From: Mobula hypostoma
Taxonomy: Eukaryota
Length of the DNA: 64,000 nucleotides
Direction: 5' to 3'
Assembly: GCF_963921235.1 (NCBI RefSeq)
Contig: NC_086097.1
Span: 98,148,001 to 98,212,000 of the forward strand
Below, piece after piece: positions 1-12,929 of the stretch (position 1 is its first letter; each line of letters starts with the position of its first letter). The position numbers were made by a program, and so were the translations under genes. A model generated the notes under the pieces. It had not been told where the DNA came from. It worked only from the letters and a program-made list of their open reading frames with translations, and did not search any database.

Positions 1-2006
1 CCATCCTGGATCTACTGGCCTGTAACTGTCCAAAAAAATGTTCACTCCCAAGATGTATGTGTGTTGCAAATGGCCTCAGGTGCACTGACATGTGTAGACT
101 GGCAGACTGTGAGAACCAGGCATCCACCTCAGAGCGTGTGGAAAGTTCAGATGAAGATGTGGAAGACGTAGAAGACTTTATTATGATTATTAATAGGTTA
201 TGAAAGTAAAACAAAGTATGGAAAGCAGCTTTTGATTAAATATATTCATTTTACAACCAAATGGGGTCTAGGTTATGGCCATGTGGAACCCCACATTTGA
301 ATTATTGTACTGTTCACCAATGAGAGGGAACTTGATGATAGTGAGGACAATATGAGTGAGGTTGATGTTCTGCAGCATGTTGATATTAAGGGAGAGGAGG
401 TGTTGAAGTTGTTAAAATACATTAGGATGGATAAGTCCCTGGGGTCTGACGGAATATTCCCCAGGCTGTTCCACGAGGTGAGGGAGGAGATTGCTGAGCC
501 TCTGACTAGGATCTTTATGTTCTCGTTGTCCACGGGAATGGTACCGGAGGATTGGAGGGAGGCGAATGTTGTCCGCTTGTTTAAAGAAGGTAGTAGGGAT
601 AGTCCGGGTAATTATAGACCAATGAGCCTTATGTCTGTGGTGGGAAAGGTGTTGGAAAAGATTCTTTGAGCTAGGATCTCTGGAGGATTGGAGGATTGTG
701 ACTAGTGGTGTCCCACAAGGATCTGTTCTGGGACCTCTACTTTTCGTGATTTTTATTAACGACCTGGATGTGGGGGTAGAAGGGTGGGTTGGCAAGTTTG
801 CAGACGACACAAAGGTTGGTGGTGTTGTAGATAGTGTAGAGGATTGTCGAAGATTGCAGAGAGACATTGATAGGATGCAGAAGTAGGCTGAGAAGTGGCA
901 GATGAAGTTCAACCCGGAGAAATGTGAGGTGGTACACTTTGGAAGGACAAACTCCAATGCAGAGTACAAAGTAAATGGCAGGATACTTGGTAGTGTGGAG
1001 GAGCAGAGGGAACTCGGGGTAGATATCCACAGATCCCTGAAAGTTGCCTCACAGGTGGATAGGGTAGTTAAGAAAGCTTATGGGGTGTTAGCTTTCATAA
1101 GTCGAGGGATAGAGTTTAAGAGTCGCAATGTAATGATGCAACTCTATAAAACTCTGGTTAGGCCACACTTGGAGTACTGTGTCCAGTTCTGGTTGCCTCA
1201 CTATAGGAAGGATGTGGAAGCATTGGAAAGGGTACAGAGGAGATTTACCAGGATGCTGCCTGGTTTACAGAATATGCATTATAATCAGAGATTAAGGGAG
1301 CTAGGGCTTTACGCTTTGCAGCGAAGGAGGATGAGAGGAGACATGATAGAGGTGTATAAGATATTTAGAGGAATAGATAAGAGTGGATAGCCAGGGCCTC
1401 TTCCCCAGGGCACCACTGCTCAATACAAGAGGACATGGCTTTAAGGTAAGGGGTGGGAAGTTCAAGGGGGATATTAGAGGAAGGTTTTTTACTCAGAGTG
1501 TGGTTGGTGCATGGAATGCACTGCCTGCGTCAGTGGTGGAGGTAGATACACTAGTGAAGTTTAAGAGACTACTAGACAGGTATATGGAGGAATTTAAGGT
1601 GGGGGCTTATATGGCAGGCAGGGTTTGAGGGTCGGCACAACATTGTAGGCCGAAAGGCCTGTACTGTGCTGTACTATTCTATGTAATTCTATATGCTATG
1701 ACAAAAGCTTAAGATTGTTTTGATTTGATACAACAATATGGAAAATATCATGACATTGATAAAACTCCAGAAATGTCTCCAAATGAGGTTTTTTACCTTT
1801 TGGGGGGGTGGGGTAACATTTTCTGCTGTACTGATGTTAATATGGAATATATACAAAATGTGATTACTTATTTGAAGTAATAAAGCTACCACTGGTGCAA
1901 TGCTATCACATGTTTTCTAACTCTAGAGATGTATACCTTGCCGAAAATCACTATGAGCATTATTCCCCTCAGATGGTACTGACCGACCCTACTGACTCAC
2001 GGACTG
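1..2006 (+). mobile_element. 3' end of an Academ-like DNA transposon (Cys8 zinc-finger C-terminus at 3-203), interrupted by a CR1 LINE
   Basis: Frame starting at nt 3 reads ILDLLACNCPKKCSLPRCMCVANGLRCTDMCRLADCENQ plus an acidic tail, TGA 201-203; it has exactly 8 Cys. The right end near 2006 (ctcacggactg) is a guess. Confidence 0.5.
311..1695 (+). mobile_element. CR1 LINE, 5'-truncated, internally deleted, degenerate ORF2
   Basis: ORF pieces [33 protein letters not shown] and [12 protein letters not shown]; ends in a tattctatgtaattctat tail. Confidence 0.93.
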
Positions 2007-2129
2007 AAGGATCATTGCAGAAAATCTTTCCTACCAATTGCAATAATCATATTCAACAGTTCATCTCTGTGCAACAGGAGAACACACATGATAGTACAAT
2101 AGTCTCTGCTTTATTATTTTGTACATTAT

Positions 2130-2630
2130 TACAATAGACAATAGGTGCAGGAGTAGGCCATTTGGCCCTTCAAGCCAGCACCGCCATTCCCTGTGATCAT
2201 GGCTGACCATCCACAATCAGTACCCAGTTCCTGCCTTCTCCCCATATCCCTTGACTCCACTATCATTAACAGCTCTATCTAACTCTTTCTTGAAAGCATC
2301 CAGAGAATTGGCCTCCACTGCCTTCTGAGGCAGAGCATTCCATAAATCCATAACTCTCTGGGTGAAAAACTTTTTCCTCAACTCCGTTCTAAATGGCCTA
2401 CCCCTTATTCTCAAATTGTGGCCTCTGGTTCTGGACTCCCCCAACATCAGGAACATGTTTCCTGCCTCTAGCGTGTCCAATCCCTTAATAATCTTCAATC
2501 AGATTCAATGATTCAATCAGATCCCCTCTCATCCTCCTAAATTCCAGTGTATACAAACCCAGTCACTCCAATCTTTCAACATATGACAGTCCCGCCATCC
2601 CGGGAATTAACCTCGTGAACCTCCGCTGCA
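2130..2630 (-). mobile_element. CR1 LINE 3' fragment
   Basis: Minus ORF ESRTRGHNLRIRG..FFTQRV..WNALP; (ctattgt)n tail; same subfamily as 26710-27650. Confidence 0.92.
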
Positions 2631-2944
2631 CTATTACAGTATTATTGTATATATTGTGGCGACCCACTTTCTGGCACCCACGAACCGGCTCACGAAACAG
2701 CGCACGCAGGCAGAGGGCCGTCAGCAAAAAGGGCGCCAGGCCATCTTCACCAGCAGGGGGAAAATCCCGCGCGCAGAAAGGGTCTGGGAATATGCATTCC
2801 CCACAGTAGTCCCGCCCCAGGGAGGGCGGGAACGGGAAGGCTTTAAAGCGGGCCGCGATGTTTGAATAAATCTCTTTCATCGCAACTCTAACTTATCGAC
2901 TCCGTGTGGTTATTCTAGCGCTGTGTGTAGCACACCGCTACAAT

Positions 2945-2958
2945 TGGTGACCCCGACG
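2945..2958 (+). other. Primer binding site complementary to the tRNA-Trp 3' end
   Basis: TGGTGACCCCGACG starts 2 nt after the 5' LTR. Confidence 0.85.
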
Positions 2959-2982
2959 GCCCAAACGATATTTGGACCAGAG

Positions 2983-3687
2983 ATGACCGACGCTGCATCT
3001 GTTCACGCAGTTTCGTTAAAACTGCCAAGCTTCTGGACGCTGCGACCCCATTTCTGGTTCGAACAAGCAGAAGCACAATTCCACATTCGGCAGATAACCT
3101 CGGAGTCCACTCGCTACTACTACGTGCTGAGCTCCCTCGACCAGGAGACTGCTGCACAAGTTGAGGAGTTTATACAGTCGCCCCCGGAGGACGGCAAATA
3201 CACAGCATTCAAAGCCCTGCTCATAAGGACTTTCGGACTCTCACGGCGCGAACGAGCACGCCGCTCAATGCACCTGGATGGTTTGGGAGACAGGCCGCCG
3301 TCAGCATTAATGAACGAGATGCTGGCCCTGGCTGAAGGACACAAACCCTGCCTCATGTTTGAGCAGGCGTTCCTAGAGCAACTGCCCGAGGACATATGCC
3401 TGCTGCTGTCCGACGCAGATTTCAGCAACCCCCGGGAGGTGGCGGCCCGAGCAGATTTGCTGTGGAATGCCAGGAAAGAGAGAGGGGCATCCATCGCACA
3501 GATCACCAAGCCGCGTGCCCAACGACAGACCAGACCAGGCCCGGCAGCAGAGCCTACAAAACCCGGCGGCGGGAGTGAGGAGTCCAACGAACAATGGTGT
3601 TTCTACCACCAGCGGTGGGGCACGGAGGCCCGCCGCTGCAGACCGCCCTGCAAATTCCCGGGAAACGCCAGGGCCAGCCGCCGCTGA
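2983..3687 (+). CDS. gag: Gypsy Gag
   Basis: Open ORF MTDAASVHAVSLKLPSFW..WFEQAEAQF.. with a C-terminal WCFYHQRWG..RCRPPC knuckle. Confidence 0.9.
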   Translation: MTDAASVHAVSLKLPSFWTLRPHFWFEQAEAQFHIRQITSESTRYYYVLSSLDQETAAQVEEFIQSPPEDGKYTAFKALLIRTFGLSRRERARRSMHLDGLGDRPPSALMNEMLALAEGHKPCLMFEQAFLEQLPEDICLLLSDADFSNPREVAARADLLWNARKERGASIAQITKPRAQRQTRPGPAAEPTKPGGGSEESNEQWCFYHQRWGTEARRCRPPCKFPGNARASRR

Positions 3688-3710
3688 TGGCTACGGCGGC
3701 TGGCCATCAG
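3660..3710 (+). promoter_or_regulatory. Programmed -1 ribosomal frameshift signal (slippery site plus pseudoknot)
   Basis: G GGA AAC in the gag frame at 3660-3666; 12-bp stem 3672-3683/3694-3705; loop CTGAT pairs with ATCAG at 3706-3710. Confidence 0.85.
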
Positions 3711-6700
3711 GACAGCCTCCTGTACGTCTGGGACAAGCAGTCGGGACGCCGCTTTTTGGTCGACACTGGAGCGGAGATCAGCGTCTTACCTCCAACGAGT
3801 TACGACACCCGCAACAGAGAACCGGGACCCACCCTGAGGGCCGCTAATGGCAGCACAATACGAACCTACGGCACCCGCACGGTGCGGCTACAGTTCAGCT
3901 CCAGCCGGTTCACGTGGGACTTCACACTGGCCGCCGTGGCCCAACCACTGCTGGGGGCAGATTTTCTACGAGCCCACAGCCTGCTGGTCAACTTGCAGGG
4001 AAGCGATTAGTCCACGCCAAGACTTTTCAAACGTTCTCCCTGGGTGAAGCACAGTTGCCAGCCCCACACCTGGACTCCATCACGCTGTCCGACGATGAAT
4101 TCACCAGGGTCCTGGTGGATTTCCCATCAGTACTGACACCGCAGTTCACGGCAGCCATGCCCAGTCACGGAGTACAGCACCACATCCCGACCCAGGGACC
4201 ACCCCTCCAGGCCCGTGCTCGAAGGCTTCCCCCGGACAAGCTCCGACTGGCGAAGGAGGAGTTCAAGAAGATGGAGGAATTAGGGATCATACGACGGTCC
4301 GACAGCCCATGGGCCTCCCCCCTTCACATGGTGCCCAAGGCAACGGGGGGCTGGAGACCATGCGGTGACTACCGCAGACTGAACGAGGCTACAACACCAG
4401 ACCGCTACCCTGTGCCGCACATTCAATACTTCGCAGCAAACCTACACGGCGCAAGGATCTTTTCCAAGGTAGACCTCGTCCGGGGATACCATCAAATCCC
4501 TGTACATCCGGACGACATCCCCAAAACAGCACTTATCACCCCGTTCGGACTTTTCGAATTCCTCCGAATGCCGTTTGGTCTAAAGAATGCCGCACAGACT
4601 TTCCAGCGGCTAATGGACGCTGTGGGACGCGACCTGGACTTTGCATTCATCTATTTGGACGACATCCTCATAGCCAGCAGTAGTCGGCAGGAGCATCTGT
4701 CCCACCTCCACCAGCTCTACTCCCGCCTGAGCGAATTCGGCCTTACAATCAACCCAGCCAAATGCCAGTTCGGACTCGATACCATCAACTTCCTGGGCCA
4801 CAGGATTACCAAAGACGGGGCAACCCCGCTGCCCGCCAAGGTAGACGCGGTCCGCCACTTCCCCCGACCCAACACAATCAAAGGCTTGCAGGAATTCGTG
4901 GGTATGGTGAATTTCTACCACCGTTTCCTCCCCTCAGCAGCCCGAACCATGCGCCCCTTGTTCACTCTAATGTCGGGTAAGGGCAAGGACATTACCTGGA
5001 ACGAAGAGGCCGCAACCGCTTTCGTTAAAACCAAAGAAGCCTTGACAAATGCCGCGATGCTGGTGCACCCCAGAGCAGACGTTCCTACTGCCCTCACGGT
5101 GGACGCATCCAACACAGCAGTCGGTGGAGTGCTGGAACAACTCATCGAGGGTCGCTGGCAACCCCTGGCGTTCTTCAGCAAACACCTACGACCACCCGAA
5201 CTCAAATACAGTGCTTTCGACCGGGAGCTATTGGCACTATACCTGGCAATCCTGCATTTCAGGTACTTCTTAGAAGGTAGGCCCTTCACCGTGTTCACAG
5301 ACCACAAACCGCTTACCTTTGCGTTCACTAAGGTGTCCGACCCCTGGTCGTCCCGCCAGCAGCGACATCTGTCCTACATCTCCGAGTACACGACGGACAT
5401 CCGGCATGTCTCTGGAAAGAACAATGTCGTGGCAGACGCACTTTCCAGACCCACCATACAGGCCCTGTCCCAGGGGGTGGACTATGCAGCGCTGGCAGAG
5501 GCACAGCAGGCAGACGCTGAGATCCCCAGTTACAGGACTGCAGTCTCCAGTTTGCAGCTCCAAGACCTCCCCGTAGGCCCAGGTGAGGGGACCCTACTAT
5601 GTGACGTAGCTACTGGCCAACCCCGCCCCATCGTCCCAGCAGCCTGGCGCCGGCGGGTGTTCAAATCCATTCACAACTTAGCGCACCCCTCCATCAGGAC
5701 AACTGTCCGGCTGGTCTCCAACAGGTTCGTGTGGCATGGACTTCGTAAACAGGTCAGTGAATGGGCCAAAACGTGTATGCAGTGCCAAACGGCCAAGGTG
5801 CAGCGGCACACCAAGGCTCCACCGCAGCGGTTCGAACCCACCCGCCGGAGGTTCGACCACATCCATGTGGATATCGTGGGGCCCCTGCCAGTGTCACGAG
5901 GAGCGCGGTACCTCCTAACTATGATAGACCGGTTCACCAGATAGCCAGAGGCAGTCCCGCTCAGCGACACCACCTCCGAATCCTGCGCCCGAGCACTGAT
6001 CGCAACCTGGGTAGCACGCTTTAGGGTACCGGCCCACATTACCTCCGACAGGGGCGCCCAGTTCACCTCCAGCCCATGGTCAGCTGTGGCCAGCCTATAG
6101 GGAACACAGCTACGCCACACAACTGCCTACCACCCACAGTCGAACGGACTAGTGGAGCGCTTCCACCGTCACCTGAAATCGGCTCTCATGGCCCGCCTGG
6201 AGGGGCCTAACTGGGTGGACGAACTTCCCTGGGTCCTGCTCGGAATCCGCACGGCGCCCAAAGAGGATCTACACACCTCGTCGGCCGAGTTGGTGTACGG
6301 CGCGCCCCTGGTCGTCCCAGGAGAGTTCATACCAGCCCCAAGGGGGCAAGAGGAAGAACCCACAGCAGTCCTGGACAGACTACGGAAGAGGCTCGGTAAC
6401 CTGGCCCCCATACCCACTTCACAGCACGGACAGAGCCCGACCTGCGTACCCAAGGACCTGCAGAACTGTAAGTTTCTTTTTGTACGACGGGGCGGAGACC
6501 GGGCACCGCTACAGCGGCCCTACAAGGGGCCGTTTAAGGTGATCAGGAACAACGGGTCCACGTTCATGCTGGACATTGGGGGGAGAGAGGAGGTTTTCAC
6601 GGTGGACCGACTCAAACCGGCCCATGTGGACTTGGCGCAACCGGTCCAGGCTCAGGCACCGCGGCGCAGGGGCAGACCTCCCAAACAGAGGCCGATCCAG

Positions 6701-6749
6701 ACTGTGGACATTGGGGGAGGTATCGCCGGTTCTGGGGGGGGGGGGGTTA
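3660..6749 (+). pseudogene. pol: Gypsy Pol (protease, RT, RNase H, integrase), interrupted
   Basis: [34 protein letters not shown] and integrase core; 1-nt deletion at ~3998-4000; TAG at 5942-5944 and 6098-6100. Confidence 0.93.
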
Positions 6750-7929
6750 TGTGGCGACCCACTTTCTGGCACCCACGAACCGGCTCACGAAACAGCGCGC
6801 GCAGGCAGAGGGCCGGCAGCAAAAAGGGCGCCAGGCCATCTTCACCAGCAGGGGGAAAATCCCGCGTGCAGAAAGGGTCTGGGAATATGCATTCCCCACA
6901 GTAGAACGGGAAGGCTTTAAAGCGGGCCGCGAAGTTTGAATAAATCTCTTTCATCGCAACTCTAACTCACCGACTCCGTGTGGTTATTCTAGCGCTGTGT
7001 GTAGCACATCGCTACAATATTATTATTCTGTACTTTATTATTAGTTAAGTCTGTACACTACTAAGTGTGTTTTTAAATGTTGCTACTGTAATGAAAGAAT
7101 TTCCCAATCAGGATCAATAAAGTACTTCTTATTATTATTATTTTCATCAGTCTTCTTAGTGACCTCTTCAAAAATCTTAATCAAATTAGTGGCGCAGGAT
7201 GTCCCACAGAAAGAGCCCTGCTGACTATCCCTGATCAGCCCCTACATTTCCAAATGTACATGAATCCAATCCCTTAGAATGTTCCTCAATAATTTCCATA
7301 GCACTGATGTGAAATTCACAGACTGCTGGAAGTCCAGTGCTGGAAGAAAGCATTGACTCGATAGGCCAAAATTCTTTTCAAATATTAAAATATTTTTGAT
7401 TGATCACAGGTGAGTACAAAAACACTTTCTAACACAGAAGCACCTTGTATAACTGCGTTCACTCTGATCACACAGGGAATTAATTCTGGAGAATTCATGG
7501 CACCTGGATGTAACAAACACTGACAAAAGAGGGTGCTAAAGTACTTTTAAAATCGTGAATCTGTTTGGAAATGGAGAACCTCTTGAATTACTCATTTGTG
7601 TTGTTCAGGCTGCATAGTGTTGCAGTTCCGGAGACTGGTTCAGGCTGTTTGAAGATTGCCCATTCTACATGTGATCGTCTTTTGTTTCCTCCCACATTTC
7701 AATGAAGAACAGAGAGGCTAATGGGTTATAGTACATTCCCCCTTCGTGCAGACATGTGGCAACAAGAGCCAGAAGACTGTTGACAGGAGATGAGACTGAG
7801 AATAACTATGGGGTAAAGGGAATTAAGGAGGCCGGGACTGGGACCGCTGGAGGACAGCACAGACTCCATGTGTCAAAATTCTTCTCATGAAAATTAATTT
7901 GTGATGGTTATGTAGATGTCAGAGGCACT

Positions 7930-9325
7930 CAAGAGCAGTATAGAGATCTCTATACTGAAATGAGGCACAACATCATAAAACAGGGCTGAGAAGCAGAAGA
8001 AGTACCCAAGGACTGGAGAACAGGACATCTAGTTCAAATCCCTAAGAAAGGAGATCTCCAGGAATGCAAAAACTACAGAGGGATAATGTTGCTTTTAGTG
8101 CCAGGGAAAGTTCTGAGCAGAATCATTTTAGAGAGATTGAAAAATGTAGTGGATGAGAAGCTTAGAGATGAACAAGCAGGATTTCGACAAAACAAGTCTT
8201 GAACTGATCAAATTACAACTCTAAGGACTATCATTGAACAGAATGGAACACATCACTCTACATTGATTTTGTAGATTATGAAAAAGCACTTGACAGCCTG
8301 GACAGGGAGACATTGTGGAAACTAGTGAGGCATCTTGGGATTCCAGAGAAGTTAACTAACTTGGGAAAGAAGATCTATGCAGAATAATCCATATAGGTCA
8401 GTTGTCAGATACTTTCAAGGTGAACACTGGGGTACGACAGGGATGCTTACTGTCCCTTTTCTCTTTCTGCTGGTGGTGGACTGGATTATGAAGCAAACAA
8501 CAGATGGCAAGAAGAATGGAATATAGTGGACATTGTTCAGACAGCTGGATGATCTTGACTTTGCTGATGATTTGGCACTACTGTCACACAGCCATGCCCA
8601 GATGCAAGAGAAAATAGATCTTCTAGACTCCACATCGCAGAAAATAGGGCTCCACATCCATGTGGGGAAAACAAAATTACTAAAAGTAAATGCAGGAAAC
8701 AACACAATTATCCTGAGAAATGTTCCTCTAGAAGAAGCGGAGTCATTTGTCTATCTGGGAAGCATTGTCAACAAGGAAAGAGGTACAGACCAGGATCCAA
8801 AAGCCAGAGGAGCCTTCATAATACTACCTCCAGTTTGGACGGCAAAAGAACTAAGGTTAAGAACCAAACTGAGAATCTTCAACTCAAATGTCAAATCTGT
8901 CCCCTTATATGGCTCTGAAACTTGGAGACTGACATCAAAAGCTATCAGAAAAATCCAGACCTTCATCAACAAATGCTTGCGTCAGATTTTGGGGCTAACA
9001 TGGACAGATTATGTGAACAATACAGAATTATGGCAAAGGACCAACCAGACACCATTTGAGGCAGAGATCAAGAGAAGGAAGTGGTGCTGGGTAGGAAGCC
9101 CCCGAATAGTATCACCAGACAAGCTCTCACATGGAATCCTCAGGGCAAGCGAAATCGAGGTAAGCCCAAGTCCACATGGAGGAAGGAAGTGTTAACCGAC
9201 GCCAGGAGAGTGGGAATGACATGGTCACAGCTGGAGAGATATGCACAAGACAGGTTGATCTAGAAAGAGGTTGTTGATGGCCTATGCTCACTAGTGAGTT
9301 GAAAGGCAGAAGAAGAAGATGTAGA
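7930..9325 (+). mobile_element. RTE-clade LINE fragment, degenerate
   Basis: PKKGDLQECKNYRGI, EQAGFR, LDDLDFADDLALLSH, LYGSETW and ALTWNPQGKR motifs; (gaa)n tail. Confidence 0.88.
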
Positions 9326-9499
9326 TGTACCACCCAGTCCGGTCCTGAGTGAAAAAGTAATAGTATTGTACTTAGATGAGACTCAAGGAAATTAACCTCT
9401 GTCAACACCCTGGTAGTGCTGTAATCCCAGGGTAGTGAGGGATAGATGAAAATCAGCCAGGAATCCTGACCCTGGTGGAATTTTCTACTTGTATCTTCA

Positions 9500-9850
9500 T
9501 TGACCATGAGACCATAAGACAAAGGAGCAGAAGTCGGCCATTTGGCCCATCGAGTCTGCTCCACCATTTTATCATGAGCTGATCCATTCTCCCATTTAGT
9601 CCCACTCCCCCGCCTTCTCACCATAACCTTTGATGCCCTGGCTACTCAGATACCTATCAATCTCTGCCTTAAATACACCCAATGACTTGTCCTCCACTGC
9701 CGCCCATGGCAACAAATTCCATAGATTCACCATCCTCTGGCTAAAAAAATTTCTTCGCATTTCTGTTCTGAATGGCCGCTCTTCAATCCTTAAGTCATGC
9801 CCTCTCGTACTAGACTCCCCCATCATGGGAAACAACTTTGCCACATCCAC
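9500..9850 (-). mobile_element. CR1 LINE 3' fragment
   Basis: ESSTRGHDLRIE..FFSQRMVNLWN; gaccat tail repeats. Confidence 0.88.
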
Positions 9851-11269
9851 TTGATCGGAAATGTCGACTCTTTATTCCTCTCTATAGATGCTGCCTGACC
9901 TCCAGCGTTTTGTGTGTGTTACTCTGGATCCCCAGCATCTGCAGAATATCGTGTGTTTTTAAGAAGAGAGATTGGCCAACGTGTGGAGTTTTTTATTATG
10001 TTGACTGCATCACTTAGAAGCTTAGACAAACTCCATGGAGGGGAGGCTGGTTCCTGTGATGGACTGAACTGCATCCACAACTTTCCACTATTTTCTGTTC
10101 TATTTCAAATTTCCAGCCTTTGCTCCTGGACGTTTAAGTTAGTTGTGATTCCCATCAGAAAGTAATTCCTATAAAGAAATTTTAAAAGAGGTAGCCTTAA
10201 CAAGTAGACTAACAGTTCTGATATTGATCTGAAAACCAGATTCAAATGAATGAATACTTAGAAAAAGCAGTAAAGTTCATTCCTTTTTACGGGTGAATGC
10301 AACTTAAATTTATTTCAGTATGGTGTACCAGTAAGCTCGGCTGACTTTACTCATTTGTACTGATTGCTTAAACCGGGTTTTTCCTGGAATGCTGCACACT
10401 GCAACACCAATTGTCCATGGTGGCAGACCAGCAAAAGAAATAATCCAACGTCAATATTATGAAATCAATGCAGCAAATTCCAGAGATACACAAATGAATT
10501 AGGCAGCAGCTTCAAAGGAGTAGTGTTAACATTTCAGGCCAATATCCTTTCTGAAAGATAAAAAGGTGGGAAGGAAAAGAAAGATCTGTTGATTTTACTT
10601 CAGTACTTCTCTCATTATAAAGTTCTGCCTTTTGCGACTGAACAGTTACTAACCTCCACCCTAGCACTGATTGTGCTTTTCTTTCCTCACAGCCCGAGCT
10701 CTGAACTTGATTAAATACATTCACCTTTGACATCCTGCTCTTCAAATGAAAGGGCAGTGAGTACAAGCATTAAATCTGTTTCTCTTGCTGCAGGAGGCCT
10801 TGGCATCTCCTCCATCTACATGACCGGTGAATCATCAAGCAAATCAGATCTTGTTTTCTCACTGGTTGCATCATCCACCGGAGTTTTGCCTCAACAGCAG
10901 ATGACCTGCCAAACTTATCAATGCACAAAGTAGGTTTGTTGAAAATATCCCAGTTTATATTCTGTTGGCGTTTTTGGATTGGGTTACTGAATGATGAGCC
11001 ATGAGTCCAGGTTGGATTTTTTTTAAACTACTCATTTCCCAGGATCTGGGCACCTTCAGCATTTACCATCCATCCTTAACTGCCCTTGAATAGATGATGC
11101 CTCAAATCAATGCACACCACCTGGGTAAGTGACTTCCACACCCCACTCAGTGGGGAATTGCAGGATTTAAACTCACTGTAGATAAAGGACAGCCGATGTA
11201 TTAACAAGTGAGGATGGTGTACAACTTGGAAGACCATGAGGAGGTGATGGAGTTCCCAAGTGCCTGCTG

Positions 11270-11930
11270 CCATAGTCATAGAGCTGACCAGCATCGAAAC
11301 AGGACCTCAAGCCTACCACATCAATGCTCACCTTTCAGTCCATCTACGCTAATCCCATTTGCCTGCATCAGGTCCATATCCTCTTTTACCTCACCTATTC
11401 AAGTCCTGTCAAAATGTCTTTTAAATATAGTATTTGTATCTAACTCCGCCACCTCTTTTGGCAGCTCATTCCAGATACCAACTTCTCATAGTGTAGAAAA
11501 CATTCCCCTTAAAACTCCTTCCTCTTCAACATAAATCTACTTGTTTTTGATACCCCCACCAGGGGAAAAGATTCTAACTATCCTATCTATGTTCTAAAAG
11601 TTTTATGTATTTCTTTCAAGTCACCCCTCAGCATCCTTCACTCCGATGAAAAGAAACCCGGTCTGTCAAATCTCTCTCCAAAACTAGAGTGTTCCATTCC
11701 AGGTAGCATTCTGGTGAATCTCTTCTGTTCTCTCCAGCATGATCACATCTTTCCAATAGTGGGGTGACCGGTACTATGCCCAAAACTCCAAGAGTGGTCT
11801 CACCAGTGTTCTGTAAAGATGCAATTTAATGTCCTAACTTCAGTATTCCATGTGCTGACCTATGAAGCCAAATATGCCATTTGCTTTATTCACCACCCTC
11901 TCTACCCATGTTATTGACTTGAAACCCTAA
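11270..11930 (-). mobile_element. Old CR1 LINE 3' fragment
   Basis: Reverse complement gives degenerate LVRP(H)L..W and RRFTRMLPG motifs. Confidence 0.7.
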
Positions 11931-11934
11931 CTCC

Positions 11935-12362
11935 CTCTGGCCTGGTATGGAGCAGCCACTGCACAGGATCAGAGAAAGCTGCAGAGGGTTGTAAACTTAG
12001 CCAGCTCCATCATGGACACTCCAACGTCAGGGTGGACGCCTCAGAAAGACAACATCCGTCATAAAGCACTCCCACTCAGGATATGCCCTTTTCTCAACTC
12101 TACCACTGCAGAGGAGGCATAGAAGCCTGAAGACACACACTCAACATTTAGGAACAACCTTTTCTCCTCTGCCATCAGATTTCATAATGGACGATGAAGC
12201 CATGAACACTACCTCACTATTATTGCACTACTTACTTAACTTGTTACAGAGATATTTCTCATTGTAATTGATAGTAGATTTTATTTATTGCACTGTTCTG
12301 CTGTCACAGAACAACAAATTTCACAACATACATCAGTGATAATAAACCTGATTTTGATTGTA
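11935..12362 (+). mobile_element. Rex1/Babar-like LINE 3' fragment
   Basis: WYG..AQDQRKLQRVV motif and 3' tail gtgataataaacctgatt. Confidence 0.6.
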
Positions 12363-12929
12363 ATTCATTAACATGCACCCTATCATTTGTACAACATGCC
12401 CGATCCTCATTTGTCCTTCTCCCTTTGTGATGATACCGGTTCTGGTTTGGATGCGCTGTTGGACTGGTCTGGTTAAGCACTGTGTACATGCCACAATATC
12501 ACCCTGCACTGGTGGTGGAGGGAATGAAAATCTTGGATGATTGATGGAGTGCTAATCAATACTAAGCAGAGGACGACATACCTAGACAAACAGATCCGCA
12601 GTTCTACACTGCTGTGTCCCCAGATATTCCTGAGCTTAAGGCTCTGTTTGTCATTTTTAGAACCCACAATCCGTTGGCTTATTTTGCCAGTTTATCACCA
12701 GCTCAGTTGCAACTGATAGCATGACATAATGAAGGTAATTGAGTTATGGTTTATAAAGACAATGGGACTTGCTAAGGGAGAATTCATTTCATAATATTGT
12801 GAAATCCAGTACAAAGGAACATCAAATTAATGGCAGTCATGAAATTAAGGGGGGTCTAATGAAGTGGGAAGGCAAGATTTAATGCACTTCATGACTAGCT
12901 GTGCAAAGCACTTCATTACCATTGAAGCT

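Larger units (their letters stand above)
2655..7016 (+). mobile_element. Full-length Gypsy/Ty3 LTR retrotransposon, disabled (1 frameshift, 2 stops in pol)
   Basis: LTRs 2655-2942 and 6750-7016 (TG...CA); ATAT target duplication at 2651-2654 and 7017-7020; PBS 2945-2958; G-run PPT 6734-6746; gag then PR-RT-RNaseH-IN order. Confidence 0.97.

Noticed and set aside
412..969. Antisense ORFs over CR1 RT regions (also 32571-32954, 56806-57210)
   Set aside because: They are the antisense open frames of CR1 ORF2, recurring in each copy, not genes
10680..10935. Exon-like stretch with possible acceptors
   Set aside because: No recognisable protein in any frame and no convincing donor
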